64,000 bases of DNA from Candidatus Latescibacterota bacterium (GTDB lineage Bacteria; Latescibacterota; UBA2968; UBA8231), in contig CBDFJF010000002.1 of the NCBI GenBank assembly GCA_965248265.1, positions 448,001 to 512,000 of the forward strand. Reading direction: 5' to 3'. Each line of letters opens with the position of its first letter. Position 1 is the first letter of the stretch. The notes beneath the pieces were generated by a model. It searched no databases. It saw only the letters and a program-made list of their open reading frames with translations, and had not been told where the DNA came from. Made by a program: the position numbers and the translations under genes. Below are positions 1 to 12,457 of this stretch, piece after piece.

Positions 1-418
1 GCAGAGGCCAGAGAAAGTGATCGTGCTCCCAGACTTCACCGAAGCGATCGAGCGGAACCCGCAAGAGCGCCCAGCCAGACGGATCGTCGTACACAAGGCT
101 GGCATGTTCGGAAATCGTCTCGTGGAGGTGATCGCACAGGAAATACTGCTCTCCGGCATCAGGAACATCGGTGAAAAAAGGCTCGATGCCGTGATTGAGG
201 AGATGGGTCCGGGCTCGGTCTGTAGCGTCTATGAAGGCGATGCCGGGTGCAACATAGCGCAGCTGCACCGATGGATGTGCGAGGATCGCCAGATCCGCAT
301 CCGTGCTGAATCGGATGGCGGCCAGCGACTGACCAGCGGATTCCGCAGCATCCAGGGGCGGTACAATGGTCGTGAGGGTCGCGAGGAAAATGGCGACAGA
401 CAGCAGGATCAGTTTCAT
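1..418 (-). CDS. Secreted protein of unknown function, runs off the left window edge
   Basis: Not in the ORF track. Manual translation from ATG at 418 gives MKLILLSVAIFLATLTTIVPPLDAAESAGQ... with a signal-peptide-like N-terminus, open to position 1. Co-directional with the upstream ABC-F gene. Confidence 0.7.
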   Translation of the reverse strand, partial: MKLILLSVAIFLATLTTIVPPLDAAESAGQSLAAIRFSTDADLAILAHPSVQLRYVAPGIAFIDATDRARTHLLNHGIEPFFTDVPDAGEQYFLCDHLHETISEHASLVYDDPSGWALLRVPLDRFGEVWEHDHFLWPL

Positions 419-440
419 GACGCAACCAATATACCGTCTG

Positions 441-2408
<1,968 letters not shown>

Positions 2409-2432
2409 GAAAACAGAATGTACGGCCCGGCG

Positions 2433-4031
2433 TCAGTCCTTGCCGGTGGCATCGGACACTTTGTGCACGAGGACCAGGTTGTCCATGTGGAAGCTCTCTG
2501 GATCGAGATGTGGATGAATAGAGACGTCGCCCTCTGCTCGCCAAAGCTGTCCGGCGAAGTAGTTCCAGATGTACAGGCTCTCAGCCTTATATTTGGGCAA
2601 TTTGTGACCGGAGTAGAAAGGATGGTAAGTGAGACGTCCATCGATGAAAGAGACCCCAGCGGCGCGGAAACCCGTGTTCTTGTGCGGAAGAAATTGAAGC
2701 TTCGATTCGCGGAGCCCGGGGTAATGGCTCTCGACTGCAGGGTTGAGAGACCATGTGTCTTCGAAAACCGAAACGGGACCGTGGTAGTTCGGTACGAGGC
2801 AAAGCACGATCGTGCGCTTTTTCAGTCCAGTTAGTTCCTGGTCAGGCACCAAGCCCATTACTTCGTTCTGCAACTGCCAGGATTTGTGCCAGTGGTACCC
2901 CTGAACAGCGGTCAATCCGCTTAGGATAATCAGAATCAACGCCGCCGCCGTCTTCGAGTAGTGGAGGAACCGGGGTTCGTGCTTCATCAACTGGAACCAC
3001 AGCAGAATGGTGAAAATGGATACACACATAGTGCTGCGGGACTCCAATCCGAACGGAAGTATTGAGTATCCTGCGCCCAAGTAGACGACTAAGGACAATA
3101 CAAGGCCGCCGAGAAATATCAGGATTTGCGCCTGACCATCATTGAGCTCGCCCGATCGCTGCCGTGAGCGCCTGATTGTCCGTAAGACGATCAGCGTGGC
3201 CACGGACACAATCGCGATCGGGATAAGGACGTCTACCAGAAAGCGCGAGTTCTGGATGACGGAGGTGATTCGAGTAAGGATGAAATCCAAGTCGAACGGC
3301 TTCCGTGGTCCTATTGTGGCCAAGCGGTTAAACGCGATTGCCGACACCTGGGCAAGGGAAAAGAGGGAGAGCCACAAGGTCCATCTCTTAACACTCAATT
3401 CTATAGCCGCATGCCATCTCAACAGAAGGGCGAACGGCACCAGGTACTGGAAGTAGAAACCCTCATGCGTTGCAAGGCTAAGGCAATAGCAAAGGAGAGC
3501 GGCCGTTGCGGACGGCCAGGCGAGGCGCGGATCCGTCACCAACAAAAGAAAGCTCAAAAGAAAAAAGACCATCACGGGCAGGTGAACGAGGAAAATCGGC
3601 CACGACATGAATCCAAAACTGGTTGGCAGCAGCCACCAAACGGCAACGAGCCACGCCAGCTGTCGATGGTCGAGTGGGTTCTCGATCCTGTTCAATCTTT
3701 CCAGGATCAACCACAACAAGCCACCCGTTATCAGGCTGATCACGGCAGAGACAGCATGCCAGAGAAAGGCGTGATCCTGCAACAGGAGGACATACACGAA
3801 TGCGACCAGACCGCTCACGGGTCTGTTCGAGAATGCCCGCATCTGGAAATCAAGCAATTGACTCGGTGACAGATCTCCTGAAACGGGTTGAAGAATCAGC
3901 AGGTAGTCATCGCTGTAAAAGCCTAACAGGAACGGCCGCCAAGCATAGGCGGCGAACCAAGCGGCCAGCAATATCCAGACGGTCTGCTGCGGTGGCAGGC
4001 AGGTCTTGAGGGATCGATCGGCTGGCAGCAT
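2433..4031 (-). CDS. Polytopic membrane protein, probable GT-C fold glycosyltransferase-like
   Basis: Many TM helices; N-terminal loop 'GFYSDDY' and 'NRPVS' resemble GT-C enzymes; soluble C-terminal domain. Confidence 0.55.
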   Translation of the reverse strand: MLPADRSLKTCLPPQQTVWILLAAWFAAYAWRPFLLGFYSDDYLLILQPVSGDLSPSQLLDFQMRAFSNRPVSGLVAFVYVLLLQDHAFLWHAVSAVISLITGGLLWLILERLNRIENPLDHRQLAWLVAVWWLLPTSFGFMSWPIFLVHLPVMVFFLLSFLLLVTDPRLAWPSATAALLCYCLSLATHEGFYFQYLVPFALLLRWHAAIELSVKRWTLWLSLFSLAQVSAIAFNRLATIGPRKPFDLDFILTRITSVIQNSRFLVDVLIPIAIVSVATLIVLRTIRRSRQRSGELNDGQAQILIFLGGLVLSLVVYLGAGYSILPFGLESRSTMCVSIFTILLWFQLMKHEPRFLHYSKTAAALILIILSGLTAVQGYHWHKSWQLQNEVMGLVPDQELTGLKKRTIVLCLVPNYHGPVSVFEDTWSLNPAVESHYPGLRESKLQFLPHKNTGFRAAGVSFIDGRLTYHPFYSGHKLPKYKAESLYIWNYFAGQLWRAEGDVSIHPHLDPESFHMDNLVLVHKVSDATGKD

Positions 4032-4034
4032 TCT

Positions 4035-5351
4035 TCAGGCCGGTGCCAGCGCTGACGCATTTCGGGCTATCTTCTCGAAGCCGTGTCGATACTGCTGGAT
4101 GAGTTCGTCAGCCGGTATACGAAAACCGGGCAGGGTGATGGTGTTGCGCGGGATGTCCGGGTTCTCGGTGACGGGCAGCGAGCCCGCGCCAGGGTAATTT
4201 ATGCGGTGGGCTGCCGGTCCGAGCGCCTCCCAGAGAAGCTCTCCGGTGCCGACGTCGTTTCCGGTGAACGCAGGGTGCAGGTGCAGGGCTCTGATGAGGT
4301 CGGTGCGCGGGATTCGGGAGTCCTTGCGAAGCGGCGAGGAGACCGAAATGCCTTCGGCAGCCAGAGCCTTGATCAAGGTTTCCTGGTCGATGCCGCTCAA
4401 GACATTGGGATCGAATCGGATCCAGCCACGCAGGTATTTCGATTCCACATAGTCGGGCACGTCAGGTACCGAAAACCCTTCGATCTGCTCGATGGCGTTG
4501 CCGAGCTTTTTGTAGCCGTCCTTCAGGCACTTCAACATGTCGTCCCAGTGGCCCATCTGCTTGAGTCCGACGACGGCGCACCAGGTCGCCATGCGGTACT
4601 TCTCGCCGAGGGCAAAGCCGGACATCTGTTGGTATTTCGGGTCGGGCAGCTCGTACAAACGCTCGTAATGGCCCAACGTGGCTCCCCGCTGGTAGTGTTC
4701 GTCGCTGTCGGTCAGGAACATGCCGCCATTTCCCGCCGAGGTCATCTTGCCGTCCTGGAAGGTAATTGCCGCCGCGTCACCGAGGGTGCCACACATTTCA
4801 CCACGGTAGAGGGTTCCCTGAGAGACACAGTTGTCCTCGACGACCTTGAGGCCGTGGCGATCGGCGACATCGTTGAGTGCGTCCATGTCGGCAGGCATGC
4901 CCTGCCAGTGGACGACGACGATCGCCCGGGTGCGGGAGGTGATGCGCCGCTCCACATCCTCAGGATCCAGCGTCAGGGTCTCGGCGTCGATGTCGGCGAA
5001 CACCGGCACGGCCCCGCAACCGATGATCGGCAAGCAGGCGAACGGGTGCACGGCGGACTGCACGATGACCTCGTCGCCAGGACGGACACCGACGGAGAAC
5101 ACGGCTGTCTTGATTGCTGACGTCCCTGAGTTGTGGTTGAGGGCATGCTTGACGCCCCAACGTTTGGCGATGACGAGTTCCAGATCGTACGCGGGATGAC
5201 CGGGCACGGGATAGCTGCCGTGGCGTCCTTCAGCGAAGTACTGCCGCAAGGCTTCGAGCTCCTCTTCGCCATAGCGCGGCCATTGGGTGTACGGCGTCTG
5301 GTCGATGGTGACTGCGGGGTTGCCTCCCAGCACCGCAGGTTTGTCCGTCAT
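4035..5351 (-). CDS. DegT/DnrJ/EryC1/StrS family PLP aminotransferase
   Basis: NSGTSA, GDEVIV, PVFADID, VVHWQG, VVEDNC, TFQDGKMTSAGNGG motifs. Confidence 0.9.
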   Translation of the reverse strand: MTDKPAVLGGNPAVTIDQTPYTQWPRYGEEELEALRQYFAEGRHGSYPVPGHPAYDLELVIAKRWGVKHALNHNSGTSAIKTAVFSVGVRPGDEVIVQSAVHPFACLPIIGCGAVPVFADIDAETLTLDPEDVERRITSRTRAIVVVHWQGMPADMDALNDVADRHGLKVVEDNCVSQGTLYRGEMCGTLGDAAAITFQDGKMTSAGNGGMFLTDSDEHYQRGATLGHYERLYELPDPKYQQMSGFALGEKYRMATWCAVVGLKQMGHWDDMLKCLKDGYKKLGNAIEQIEGFSVPDVPDYVESKYLRGWIRFDPNVLSGIDQETLIKALAAEGISVSSPLRKDSRIPRTDLIRALHLHPAFTGNDVGTGELLWEALGPAAHRINYPGAGSLPVTENPDIPRNTITLPGFRIPADELIQQYRHGFEKIARNASALAPA

Positions 5352-6067
5352 CTCGATCTTCCTTTCAGGCTGTGTCGAGGGGTGTGCGCGCGCGCCTGCT
5401 TGAACCCCAAAAAGATAGTGTGCCGGGCGCCGCCTTTCTTGAGGCGGGCGCGGACACGATCAACCCGGGCATCAAACCCATGGAAGCGGAGGCGATGCTC
5501 GAACTTGCGATCATCCCAGGCAGACCACACGGCAAGGGTCCCGCCAACTTTGAGTGCGGCATACGCCGCCGCGACGCCGCTGTTGTCGTACAGCCCTTGA
5601 TTGCCTGTCGCCGTGAACGCCGTCGGGCCGTTGTCTACGTCCAGCAACACAGCGTCGAAGTGGTCGGCGTTTGCTCGCATGGTGATACCCACGTCCTCCA
5701 CCTCGACTCGAACGCGCCGGTCTTTCAGCGGGCTCTCCGCCAACGGGGCCAATGGCCCGCGGTTCCATTCGACAATTTCAGGTACCAGCTCCGCTACCGT
5801 CACGCTCGCCTCTGACGGCAGCAGATTCAGCGTGGCACGCAAGGTGTACCCCATGCCCAGGCCGCCGATGAGCACGTGAGGAGGTTGCTCCAAGGTGGCC
5901 ACATGTTTGCATGCCAGCGAAGCCAGCGCCTCCTCAGACCCATGGGCACGGCTCGACATCAAGGTCTTGCCGTCCACGAGGATGACGAACTCGCCGTCTC
6001 GCGCCGTCAGGTGCATGTCGGTGCCGTCTGGAGTGCGTGTCTGGCCCAGCAGCTGCCATGGTTTCAT
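5348..6067 (-). CDS. Spermidine-synthase-like SAM-dependent methyltransferase
   Basis: LMSSRAHGSEEALA, VLIGGLGMGYT, DAVLLDVDNGP. Start moved to MKPWQLLG (6067). Confidence 0.8.
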   Translation of the reverse strand: MKPWQLLGQTRTPDGTDMHLTARDGEFVILVDGKTLMSSRAHGSEEALASLACKHVATLEQPPHVLIGGLGMGYTLRATLNLLPSEASVTVAELVPEIVEWNRGPLAPLAESPLKDRRVRVEVEDVGITMRANADHFDAVLLDVDNGPTAFTATGNQGLYDNSGVAAAYAALKVGGTLAVWSAWDDRKFEHRLRFHGFDARVDRVRARLKKGGARHTIFLGFKQARAHTPRHSLKGRSR

Positions 6068-6201
6068 TGGCGCAAGTCTCTCCGTGCTCCGGTTATTTTC
6101 AGCTTCTAAGAGTATCACGCACCGTCCAAGCACTGTCGAGCGGGTCGTGCGATGGCAGTTTCGTGAGGGCGGGGTTGCATTGGATGGTGGAATTAGCTGA
6201 A

Positions 6202-7351
6202 CTAGTGCTCTGTTAAAGAGTGGGCATTGAGTTTTGGACTTTGGCCAGCTTGGCGTTGTCGGTGTTCTTGTTTCGCCACCTCAGGTACTCCTGCATGCGC
6301 TGGCCGACTTCTCGATGATCGTTGGGATCGCTGTTTTTAATGACGAAATAATGGGCTGCGGTGAGGTGACATTCGAGCCGATTCATCCATGACGCGTTGG
6401 TGGCGGTGAAGACCGGCGAGACCCGGTTTCGTCGGCACCACTGCAGGATCGGCGGTGTCTTGTGCGTCGACAGATTATCCATGACGACATAGATCCGCTC
6501 CGCCGTGCGATAGCGGAGCCGAATGGCCTTGAGGAAATCGAGTACGACCGACGCATGTTTCTTGGGTTTGTGATGCATCCACAGGATGTCCTCATGGACG
6601 TTATAGGCTCCAAAGAAATAGCTGACGCCGCCGTGGCGGCTATAGGTTGCCCGATGCCGGACCGGGCGCTTGTGTGGGGCCCAGGAAGCACCGGCATGCG
6701 GCTTGATCTGGACTGGTCCCAGTTCGTCGAAACAGACTACGACCGTGTCTTTCGGCGCCCGCTTGTAGAGTCGGTTGATGCGTTTTTTTTAGAGACAAAC
6801 TCCGGGTCCTTTGATTCTTTCCAGGTGCGCGTCCGTTGATAGGTAACCTTATGTTGATCCAGGATTTTTCCGATGGTCACATGCGAAACCTCGGGAATCA
6901 TCTGCCGTCCCACCAGGCAGTCGGTCAGCTTGCGCAACGACCACTGGTTGAACGGCTGGCCGAATGCACGGGGGGGCATCGTGGCAATTTCCACCACCAC
7001 GGATTCGTCCTCCGGCGTCAACTTCGAAGGACGCCCCGGACGTGCCCGAGTGCGCAAAACCGTCAATCCCCCTTCGTTGTACTGGCGGATCAACTGGCGA
7101 ACGTACTCCTCATGCAGATGCAGTGTATCCGAGATCTCCTGGGCGCTGAACGAGATCAACTGCCCACGGCGCATCTGCACGGCGTTGCGAGGCCGTTTCA
7201 GCCACCGTCCCAGTTCCTTAGACTCCGCCGCGTTCGGCGAACGAGCATGGAGACACATAGCATCACCCTCCTGAAGGATTCACCATTATATGTATCCATG
7301 ATACCACGACTTACGACAAAGTACAAGCTCGATTTCTTAACAGAGCACTAG
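6202..7351 (-). mobile_element. IS630-family insertion sequence (~1.15 kb)
   Basis: Perfect inverted repeats CTAGTGCTCTGTTAA (6202-6216) and TTAACAGAGCACTAG (7337-7351), with CTAG/TA at both ends, enclosing a two-ORF transposase. Confidence 0.9.
6213..7258 (-). CDS. IS630 transposase, two ORFs joined by a -1 frameshift
   Basis: HTH ORF 6737-7258 (RPGRPSKL, WSLRKL). An A8 run at 6783-6790 shifts into KRINRLY...VVCFDELGP...VMDNLSTH...SWMNRLE, giving the DDE triad. Confidence 0.85.
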
Positions 7352-7421
7352 GGAGGAATCAAGACTGAGCTCGAGAGACGGTTCAGAGCACCAAACCAAG
7401 TCCAGAGGCTGCGAGTTTTCT

Positions 7422-8285
7422 ATGAACTGGGAACAGTACTGCGCGAACGAAGAGCAGCTCCGGCAGTTCGATGAGGAAGGCTACCTGGTAGTCGAGGACG
7501 CCCTGTCGCCGGACATGGTGCAGCAGCTGACCAGCGTCGTAGACCGGATCGACGAGCAAGAGCGGGTTGAGAGGGGACTGAAGCCCGGCGAGATGATGGC
7601 GAAATTTCGTAGCGTCGTGGCGGATGATCTGTTTTTGGATTTACTCGACAATGAGAAAACCTTCCCGTTGTTGTGGGATATCCTGGGGTGGAACATCCAG
7701 CTCTACATCTCGCATCTGATCGTTTATCCACCTGAACTTGAGAATGCGGATCGCAGCCTCAAAGGCGTTCTGTGGCATCAGGATGGCGGCCGGCCGGTGG
7801 AGGAGATCGAGCGCCCCGCGCCCCGGCTGTCGCTGAAAATCAGCTACTGGCTCACCGACACGACGATCCCCGACTGCGGGGCGATGCGGATCTTGCCGGG
7901 GAGTCACCGGTTGGTGGATAAGCCGGCTCAACGTGATCCAACGGAGGATCCTGAGGGTGCGATTGAGATCAAGGTCAAACCCGGAACGGCCGTGTTGTTC
8001 GACCGCCGGTTGTGGCACTCGCGGGGGTACAACTACTCGAACCAGACCCGGAAGGTCCTCTTCTTCGGGTACAGCTACCGCTGGCTTCGTGGGTTGGATT
8101 ACAATGTCATGCCAGACGAGGTACTGGCAAAGTGCGATCCGATCCGGCGGCAGTTGCTGGGGGATGGAGTGGACATCAAAGGGTGGTGGCAGCCGACGGA
8201 AGAGGATGTGCCATTGAAGACGTGGATCCGGGAGCATCGGGGAGAAGAATTCCTCTACGACGTTTCGCAGCGCTACCAGGTATAA
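7422..8285 (+). CDS. Phytanoyl-CoA dioxygenase (PhyH) family Fe(II)/2OG oxygenase
   Basis: FDEEGYLVVED, WHQD, PGSH, LWHSRG..R motifs. Confidence 0.88.
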   Translation: MNWEQYCANEEQLRQFDEEGYLVVEDALSPDMVQQLTSVVDRIDEQERVERGLKPGEMMAKFRSVVADDLFLDLLDNEKTFPLLWDILGWNIQLYISHLIVYPPELENADRSLKGVLWHQDGGRPVEEIERPAPRLSLKISYWLTDTTIPDCGAMRILPGSHRLVDKPAQRDPTEDPEGAIEIKVKPGTAVLFDRRLWHSRGYNYSNQTRKVLFFGYSYRWLRGLDYNVMPDEVLAKCDPIRRQLLGDGVDIKGWWQPTEEDVPLKTWIREHRGEEFLYDVSQRYQV

Positions 8286-8294
8286 GCCGCGAAC

Positions 8295-9203
8295 ATGGTT
8301 GTCATTCCGGAGCGATTGAAAGAGTGTACACGCGGCTATTTCGGTGAAGATGCCGATGTTTGGCTGCAGCGGTTACCGCAACTGACGGCCGATGCAGTCG
8401 AGCGCTGGGAGCTGGAACTGGGCGATGTCTCTGAAACTGCCGGCACCGGATTGGTCTGCTTCGCAACGAGAGCGGGCAAAGACGTTGTCCTCAAGATCGC
8501 CTACCCGCACGGCGAGCATTTCACCGGGGTGGAGGCAATGCGTGTCTATGGGGGTCAGGCGTGTGTGTCGATGATCGATACCGCCGAGGAAGGCACGCAG
8601 GTGCTGATGGAGCGAATTCTGCCGGGGATGCACTTGTATGAGCTTGATAACGAGGATGAGGAAGTTTGTGCTGCCGCGGAGTTAATACGACGGCTGCAGT
8701 GCCCGGTTCCCGAACAGCACGAGCTGCCTCCTCACACCAGGTGGGTGGAGAATTCCCTGCGGCATATGGCGGCCAGCAAGGTCACGGATGAGTTGCTGCC
8801 GCCTGTACTCGTGAAGGCTCTCGAGCGCACCGTGGCTGATCTCGAGGCCCTGCGACGTCCCGTGGTCCTGCACGGTGACCTGCACCACGAGAACATTCTG
8901 CAGGATGCCACTGAGGGTTGGGTTGCCATCGACCCCAAGGGATTGACCGGAGATCCCGCTCTCGAGATCGGCCGCTACTGCGGCAATCAGCTGCACCGCG
9001 CCGAGGCGGCAGGCGGCTACGGGGTACTGACGGACCGAAGGATCGAGCTGTTCGCGCGAGAGCTGGGAGAGCCTCTCGAACGCATGCGCGCAGCGGCCGC
9101 TGTCGATCTCATCATGTGCATGGGGTGGGAGCTGGAGAACGAGGATTTCAACGTGGCAGACTTCGCCCGGAACCGGGATCGGGCACTGCATTTGGTTGGG
9201 TGA
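8295..9203 (+). CDS. Aminoglycoside/hydroxyurea resistance kinase-like phosphotransferase (APH(6)/StrB family)
   Basis: VVLKI, LHGDLHHENIL, AIDPKG..GDP..E. Confidence 0.82.
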   Translation: MVVIPERLKECTRGYFGEDADVWLQRLPQLTADAVERWELELGDVSETAGTGLVCFATRAGKDVVLKIAYPHGEHFTGVEAMRVYGGQACVSMIDTAEEGTQVLMERILPGMHLYELDNEDEEVCAAAELIRRLQCPVPEQHELPPHTRWVENSLRHMAASKVTDELLPPVLVKALERTVADLEALRRPVVLHGDLHHENILQDATEGWVAIDPKGLTGDPALEIGRYCGNQLHRAEAAGGYGVLTDRRIELFARELGEPLERMRAAAAVDLIMCMGWELENEDFNVADFARNRDRALHLVG

Positions 9204-9275
9204 TCGACGGGTTATAGCGATCGACGCAGACCTGCGCATCGACCAATAGATTTCATCAGACGAAAGGAAACGAAC

Positions 9276-10388
9276 GTGACGCAACCCCTCATCATCGATC
9301 TACACCTCGACCTCGCCTGGGACGCCCTGTTCTGGAATCGCGACCTGACCCAGACGGCAGAGCAGGTGCGCCGGCAGGAAGACAGTGAGATTCCGCAGGT
9401 AGCCGAGGGTTTTACCACGGGTACCTGCACGGTGACATTTCCCGAGATGCGACGAGGCAGCGCCGGTATCATGCTGAGTACCATCATGTCGCGAATCGAG
9501 CCTCGCTATCGCAGGAATCGCCGCGACGGCATGCGGACGCAGGAACAGGCGATGGCGGTCGGGCGTGGGCATCTGGCGTACTACCAGGCGATGGTCAGAA
9601 GAGGCGAGATTTCGCCGGTGTTGTCGCTCGATGATCTGGAGGAGGCCGTGCGCGTATGGGGTGAGTCTCCGAATGAAAGCACGCCCATCTACCACGTCCT
9701 GTCGATGGAGAGTGCCGACCCGATCATTGACGCCGATGACGTCGGCTTCTGGTGGGATGCAGGTCTCCGGGTCGTTGGGCCTGCCCACTTCGGTCACAAT
9801 ACATACATACACGGAACGTTCACCAGAGGCGGGTTGAAGCCGGCAGCCAAGCCACTCTACGCGGCGATGCGCGAGGCCGGGATGATTCTGGACATCACCC
9901 ACATGTCGGACCAGGCGGTATGGGAGTCGTTCGACTTATGGGACGGCCCGGTGATGGCATCACACTGCAACTGCCGGTCGCTCGTCAGAGGCCAGCGCCA
10001 CCTCACGGATGACATGATCAGCGAGCTCATCCGGCGCGACGGCATCATCGGCCTCGTGTTCTGCCAGAACTTCATCGACCCGGACATCATCTGGGAGAAA
10101 GCGCAGTTCGGGTCTTCGTCTGGCACGAGGTCGAGCTACGGTATGGACGGGCTCGTCCCGCACATCGAACGCATCGCCGATCTGGCGGGCGGATCATCCG
10201 CCAATGTCGCCATCGGCACCGACATGGATGGTGGCTTCGGCGCCGAGCTGACGCCGGTTGACGTGGACACGATTGCTGACCTACAAGGATTCCCCACGGT
10301 GCTGCGCAACGCCGGCATCGGCGATCCGGACATCGACGGCATCCTGCATGGAAACGCCTTGCGCTTTTTTCGTCAGGCGTGGTCCTGA
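9276..10388 (+). CDS. Membrane dipeptidase (peptidase M19) family
   Basis: IDLHLD, SMESAD, LDITH, ASHCN, IGTDMDGG. Confidence 0.88.
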   Translation: MTQPLIIDLHLDLAWDALFWNRDLTQTAEQVRRQEDSEIPQVAEGFTTGTCTVTFPEMRRGSAGIMLSTIMSRIEPRYRRNRRDGMRTQEQAMAVGRGHLAYYQAMVRRGEISPVLSLDDLEEAVRVWGESPNESTPIYHVLSMESADPIIDADDVGFWWDAGLRVVGPAHFGHNTYIHGTFTRGGLKPAAKPLYAAMREAGMILDITHMSDQAVWESFDLWDGPVMASHCNCRSLVRGQRHLTDDMISELIRRDGIIGLVFCQNFIDPDIIWEKAQFGSSSGTRSSYGMDGLVPHIERIADLAGGSSANVAIGTDMDGGFGAELTPVDVDTIADLQGFPTVLRNAGIGDPDIDGILHGNALRFFRQAWS

Positions 10389-10410
10389 CAGCGCGGCCGA
10401 TGCCTCGTTT

Positions 10411-11544
10411 TCAACACGGCCAGTAGGGTCCATCCGTCTCGTACTTCCACGCGTACTTCGCAACCATATCTAAATCCAGCTCGATCCCCATCCCGGGTCG
10501 ATCGGGTACGGCGATATCGCCCCCCTCGAACACGAGCATTTCCGGAGGGACGATATCCCCCTCGTTGAGCTGGTGCATGACCTGGTGACCTGCCGTCTGG
10601 TTGGGGATCGTGGCCAGCACCTGCAGTGCCGTGAGCGTGCTGACACCCGTTTCCCCCATCACGCCGTGACGGCACACCGGCAATCCTCCCGCCTGCGCCA
10701 CCGCCGCCAGTTTCTTCATCCCCAGAACCCCTCCGGTCTCGTGCAGACCTGCGACGATGACGTCCGCCGCGCCTTTACGAATGACCTGCATGGCCTCTTT
10801 ATCCGTGAAGCATCCCTGATCGACGGCGATCGGCATCGGCACCGACGCCCGCACATGAGCCAGGCCGTCCAGATCCTGCCAGTCGATCGGTTGCTCGGCG
10901 AAGTCGATGTTGTAACGGGCGAGGGCGTTCAGTTCCTGAATCGCTTCACCCACCTGCCATGCCATGTTGGCGTCCACCCGTAAGCGGACGTCGTCCCCGA
11001 CTTGCTTGCGAATCGCTTCAACACAGGCGGCATCGCGTGACCGACCGCGTCCTACTTTCAGATAAAGGACACCGAATCCCTCGTTGGTCAGCTGCTTCGC
11101 GTGAGCCGCCAGTTTGTCCGGATCGTCGCCCTGCAGGAAACCGAAGTGGTTGATTCGTTGGTGGAAGGCGCCGCCGAATAGCTTGTGGACAGGCAGGTTG
11201 GCCACCTTGCCCGCGATATCCCAGAGCGCCGTCTCGACACCCGCGAGCGCCTGGTGGGCGAAACGACGCATGTCGTCCCACTTCGCCGCCCGGTAGAACC
11301 GGTGGAGGAAGGATTCGACCTCGAGCGGATCTTCACCTTCGAGCAAGCGAGCGGCCGCGCGAACGATGCCGAGGATCGCTTCAGCTGACCGGTCTCCGCA
11401 GGCCTCGCCGACACCGGTGATGCCCTCGTCGGTCTCGACCTCGACCAGCACGACGTTGATGCCCACGGCCACACCGTGGCTGTAGTAGTATGATTCCTTG
11501 AACGGGATCGCCATGGGCGTCGCTTTGACTTTCGTAACCTTCAT
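10411..11544 (-). CDS. Mandelate racemase/muconate lactonizing enzyme family (enolase superfamily)
   Basis: ETDEGITGVGE, ETALWD, LKVG, VDANMAW, AEQP. Start at MKVTKV. Confidence 0.88.
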   Translation of the reverse strand: MKVTKVKATPMAIPFKESYYYSHGVAVGINVVLVEVETDEGITGVGEACGDRSAEAILGIVRAAARLLEGEDPLEVESFLHRFYRAAKWDDMRRFAHQALAGVETALWDIAGKVANLPVHKLFGGAFHQRINHFGFLQGDDPDKLAAHAKQLTNEGFGVLYLKVGRGRSRDAACVEAIRKQVGDDVRLRVDANMAWQVGEAIQELNALARYNIDFAEQPIDWQDLDGLAHVRASVPMPIAVDQGCFTDKEAMQVIRKGAADVIVAGLHETGGVLGMKKLAAVAQAGGLPVCRHGVMGETGVSTLTALQVLATIPNQTAGHQVMHQLNEGDIVPPEMLVFEGGDIAVPDRPGMGIELDLDMVAKYAWKYETDGPYWPC

Positions 11545-11557
11545 GGACCGGCCCGTC

Positions 11558-12457
11558 TCATTGGACGTCGAAGTCCAGCTGCCCGAGTCCGGCGTGCAGG
11601 GCCGAGATCCCCGCCTCGTCGAGGGGAGGCACGACACGAGTCGGTCCCACGGGAGTGCCGCGATCCGCCAACATCTGCTTGATGGCCGGCAGCACGCCGA
11701 CTTCGATCAACAGACGGATCACGCGGTTCGCCTTCAGCTGGCACTCGCGGGCGACAGCGAGATTTCCGTCCTCGAAGGCGCGCCGCATCTGCAGGTATAG
11801 CTTCGGCATGATGTTGTAGGTGCTGCCGATGGCGGCATCGGCACCCATCACCATCGCCGGCAGCGCCATCTGATCGGGACCGGAGATGGCGTTGAGTTCC
11901 CCGCCCGAACGGTCGATCAGCTGGCCGAAGAGGTACAGGTCGTTGTCCGTAAACTTGACGCCGGTGAAGTTCGGAACAGCCCGCATCGCCTGCAGGAAGT
12001 GGTCTGCCGTGGCGGATGCGTCGGCTTCGTTTGCGAGCCAGTACACGAAAAACGGCAGGTCGCTGCCGGCACCGATTGCCGCATAGTGGGAGACTGCTGC
12101 CTCGAGGTCATTCGGAGCATCGACCGGAGCCACTGAAGCGACGCCGTCGATGCCCGGTACCTGAGCGGCATGCCGGGCCAATTCCACTGCGTCTTCGGTC
12201 GAAGTGCCGCCGACCTGCACGATGATCCGCACCGCTCCCGCAACCTCGTCAGCGACCATCTCGGCCACTTCCACGCGCTCAGCTACCGTCATCACTCTGC
12301 CCTCACCGGTGCCGCCGCAGACGAAAAATCCCTGAATCCCGGTATCAATATGCGCACGCACCAGGGCCCGTTGGCGAGCCGTGTCGACGTGCTCGCCACT
12401 GTCGTCAAAAGCCGTGCACAATGCCGGCCAGATCCCGTGTACCAGTTTCTCGCTCAA
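11558..12457 (-). CDS. Dihydrodipicolinate synthase/N-acetylneuraminate lyase family aldolase
   Basis: GIWPALCT, CGGTGE, GVKFTD, GAIGSTYN-like motif. Likely TTG start at 12457 after GAGGGA (ORF track extends to 12562). Confidence 0.85.
   Translation of the reverse strand: MSEKLVHGIWPALCTAFDDSGEHVDTARQRALVRAHIDTGIQGFFVCGGTGEGRVMTVAERVEVAEMVADEVAGAVRIIVQVGGTSTEDAVELARHAAQVPGIDGVASVAPVDAPNDLEAAVSHYAAIGAGSDLPFFVYWLANEADASATADHFLQAMRAVPNFTGVKFTDNDLYLFGQLIDRSGGELNAISGPDQMALPAMVMGADAAIGSTYNIMPKLYLQMRRAFEDGNLAVARECQLKANRVIRLLIEVGVLPAIKQMLADRGTPVGPTRVVPPLDEAGISALHAGLGQLDFDVQ

Noticed and set aside
8295-9203. Bona fide streptomycin resistance gene strB
   Set aside because: Only family-level motifs are recognisable and the context is metabolic, so no gene symbol is assigned.
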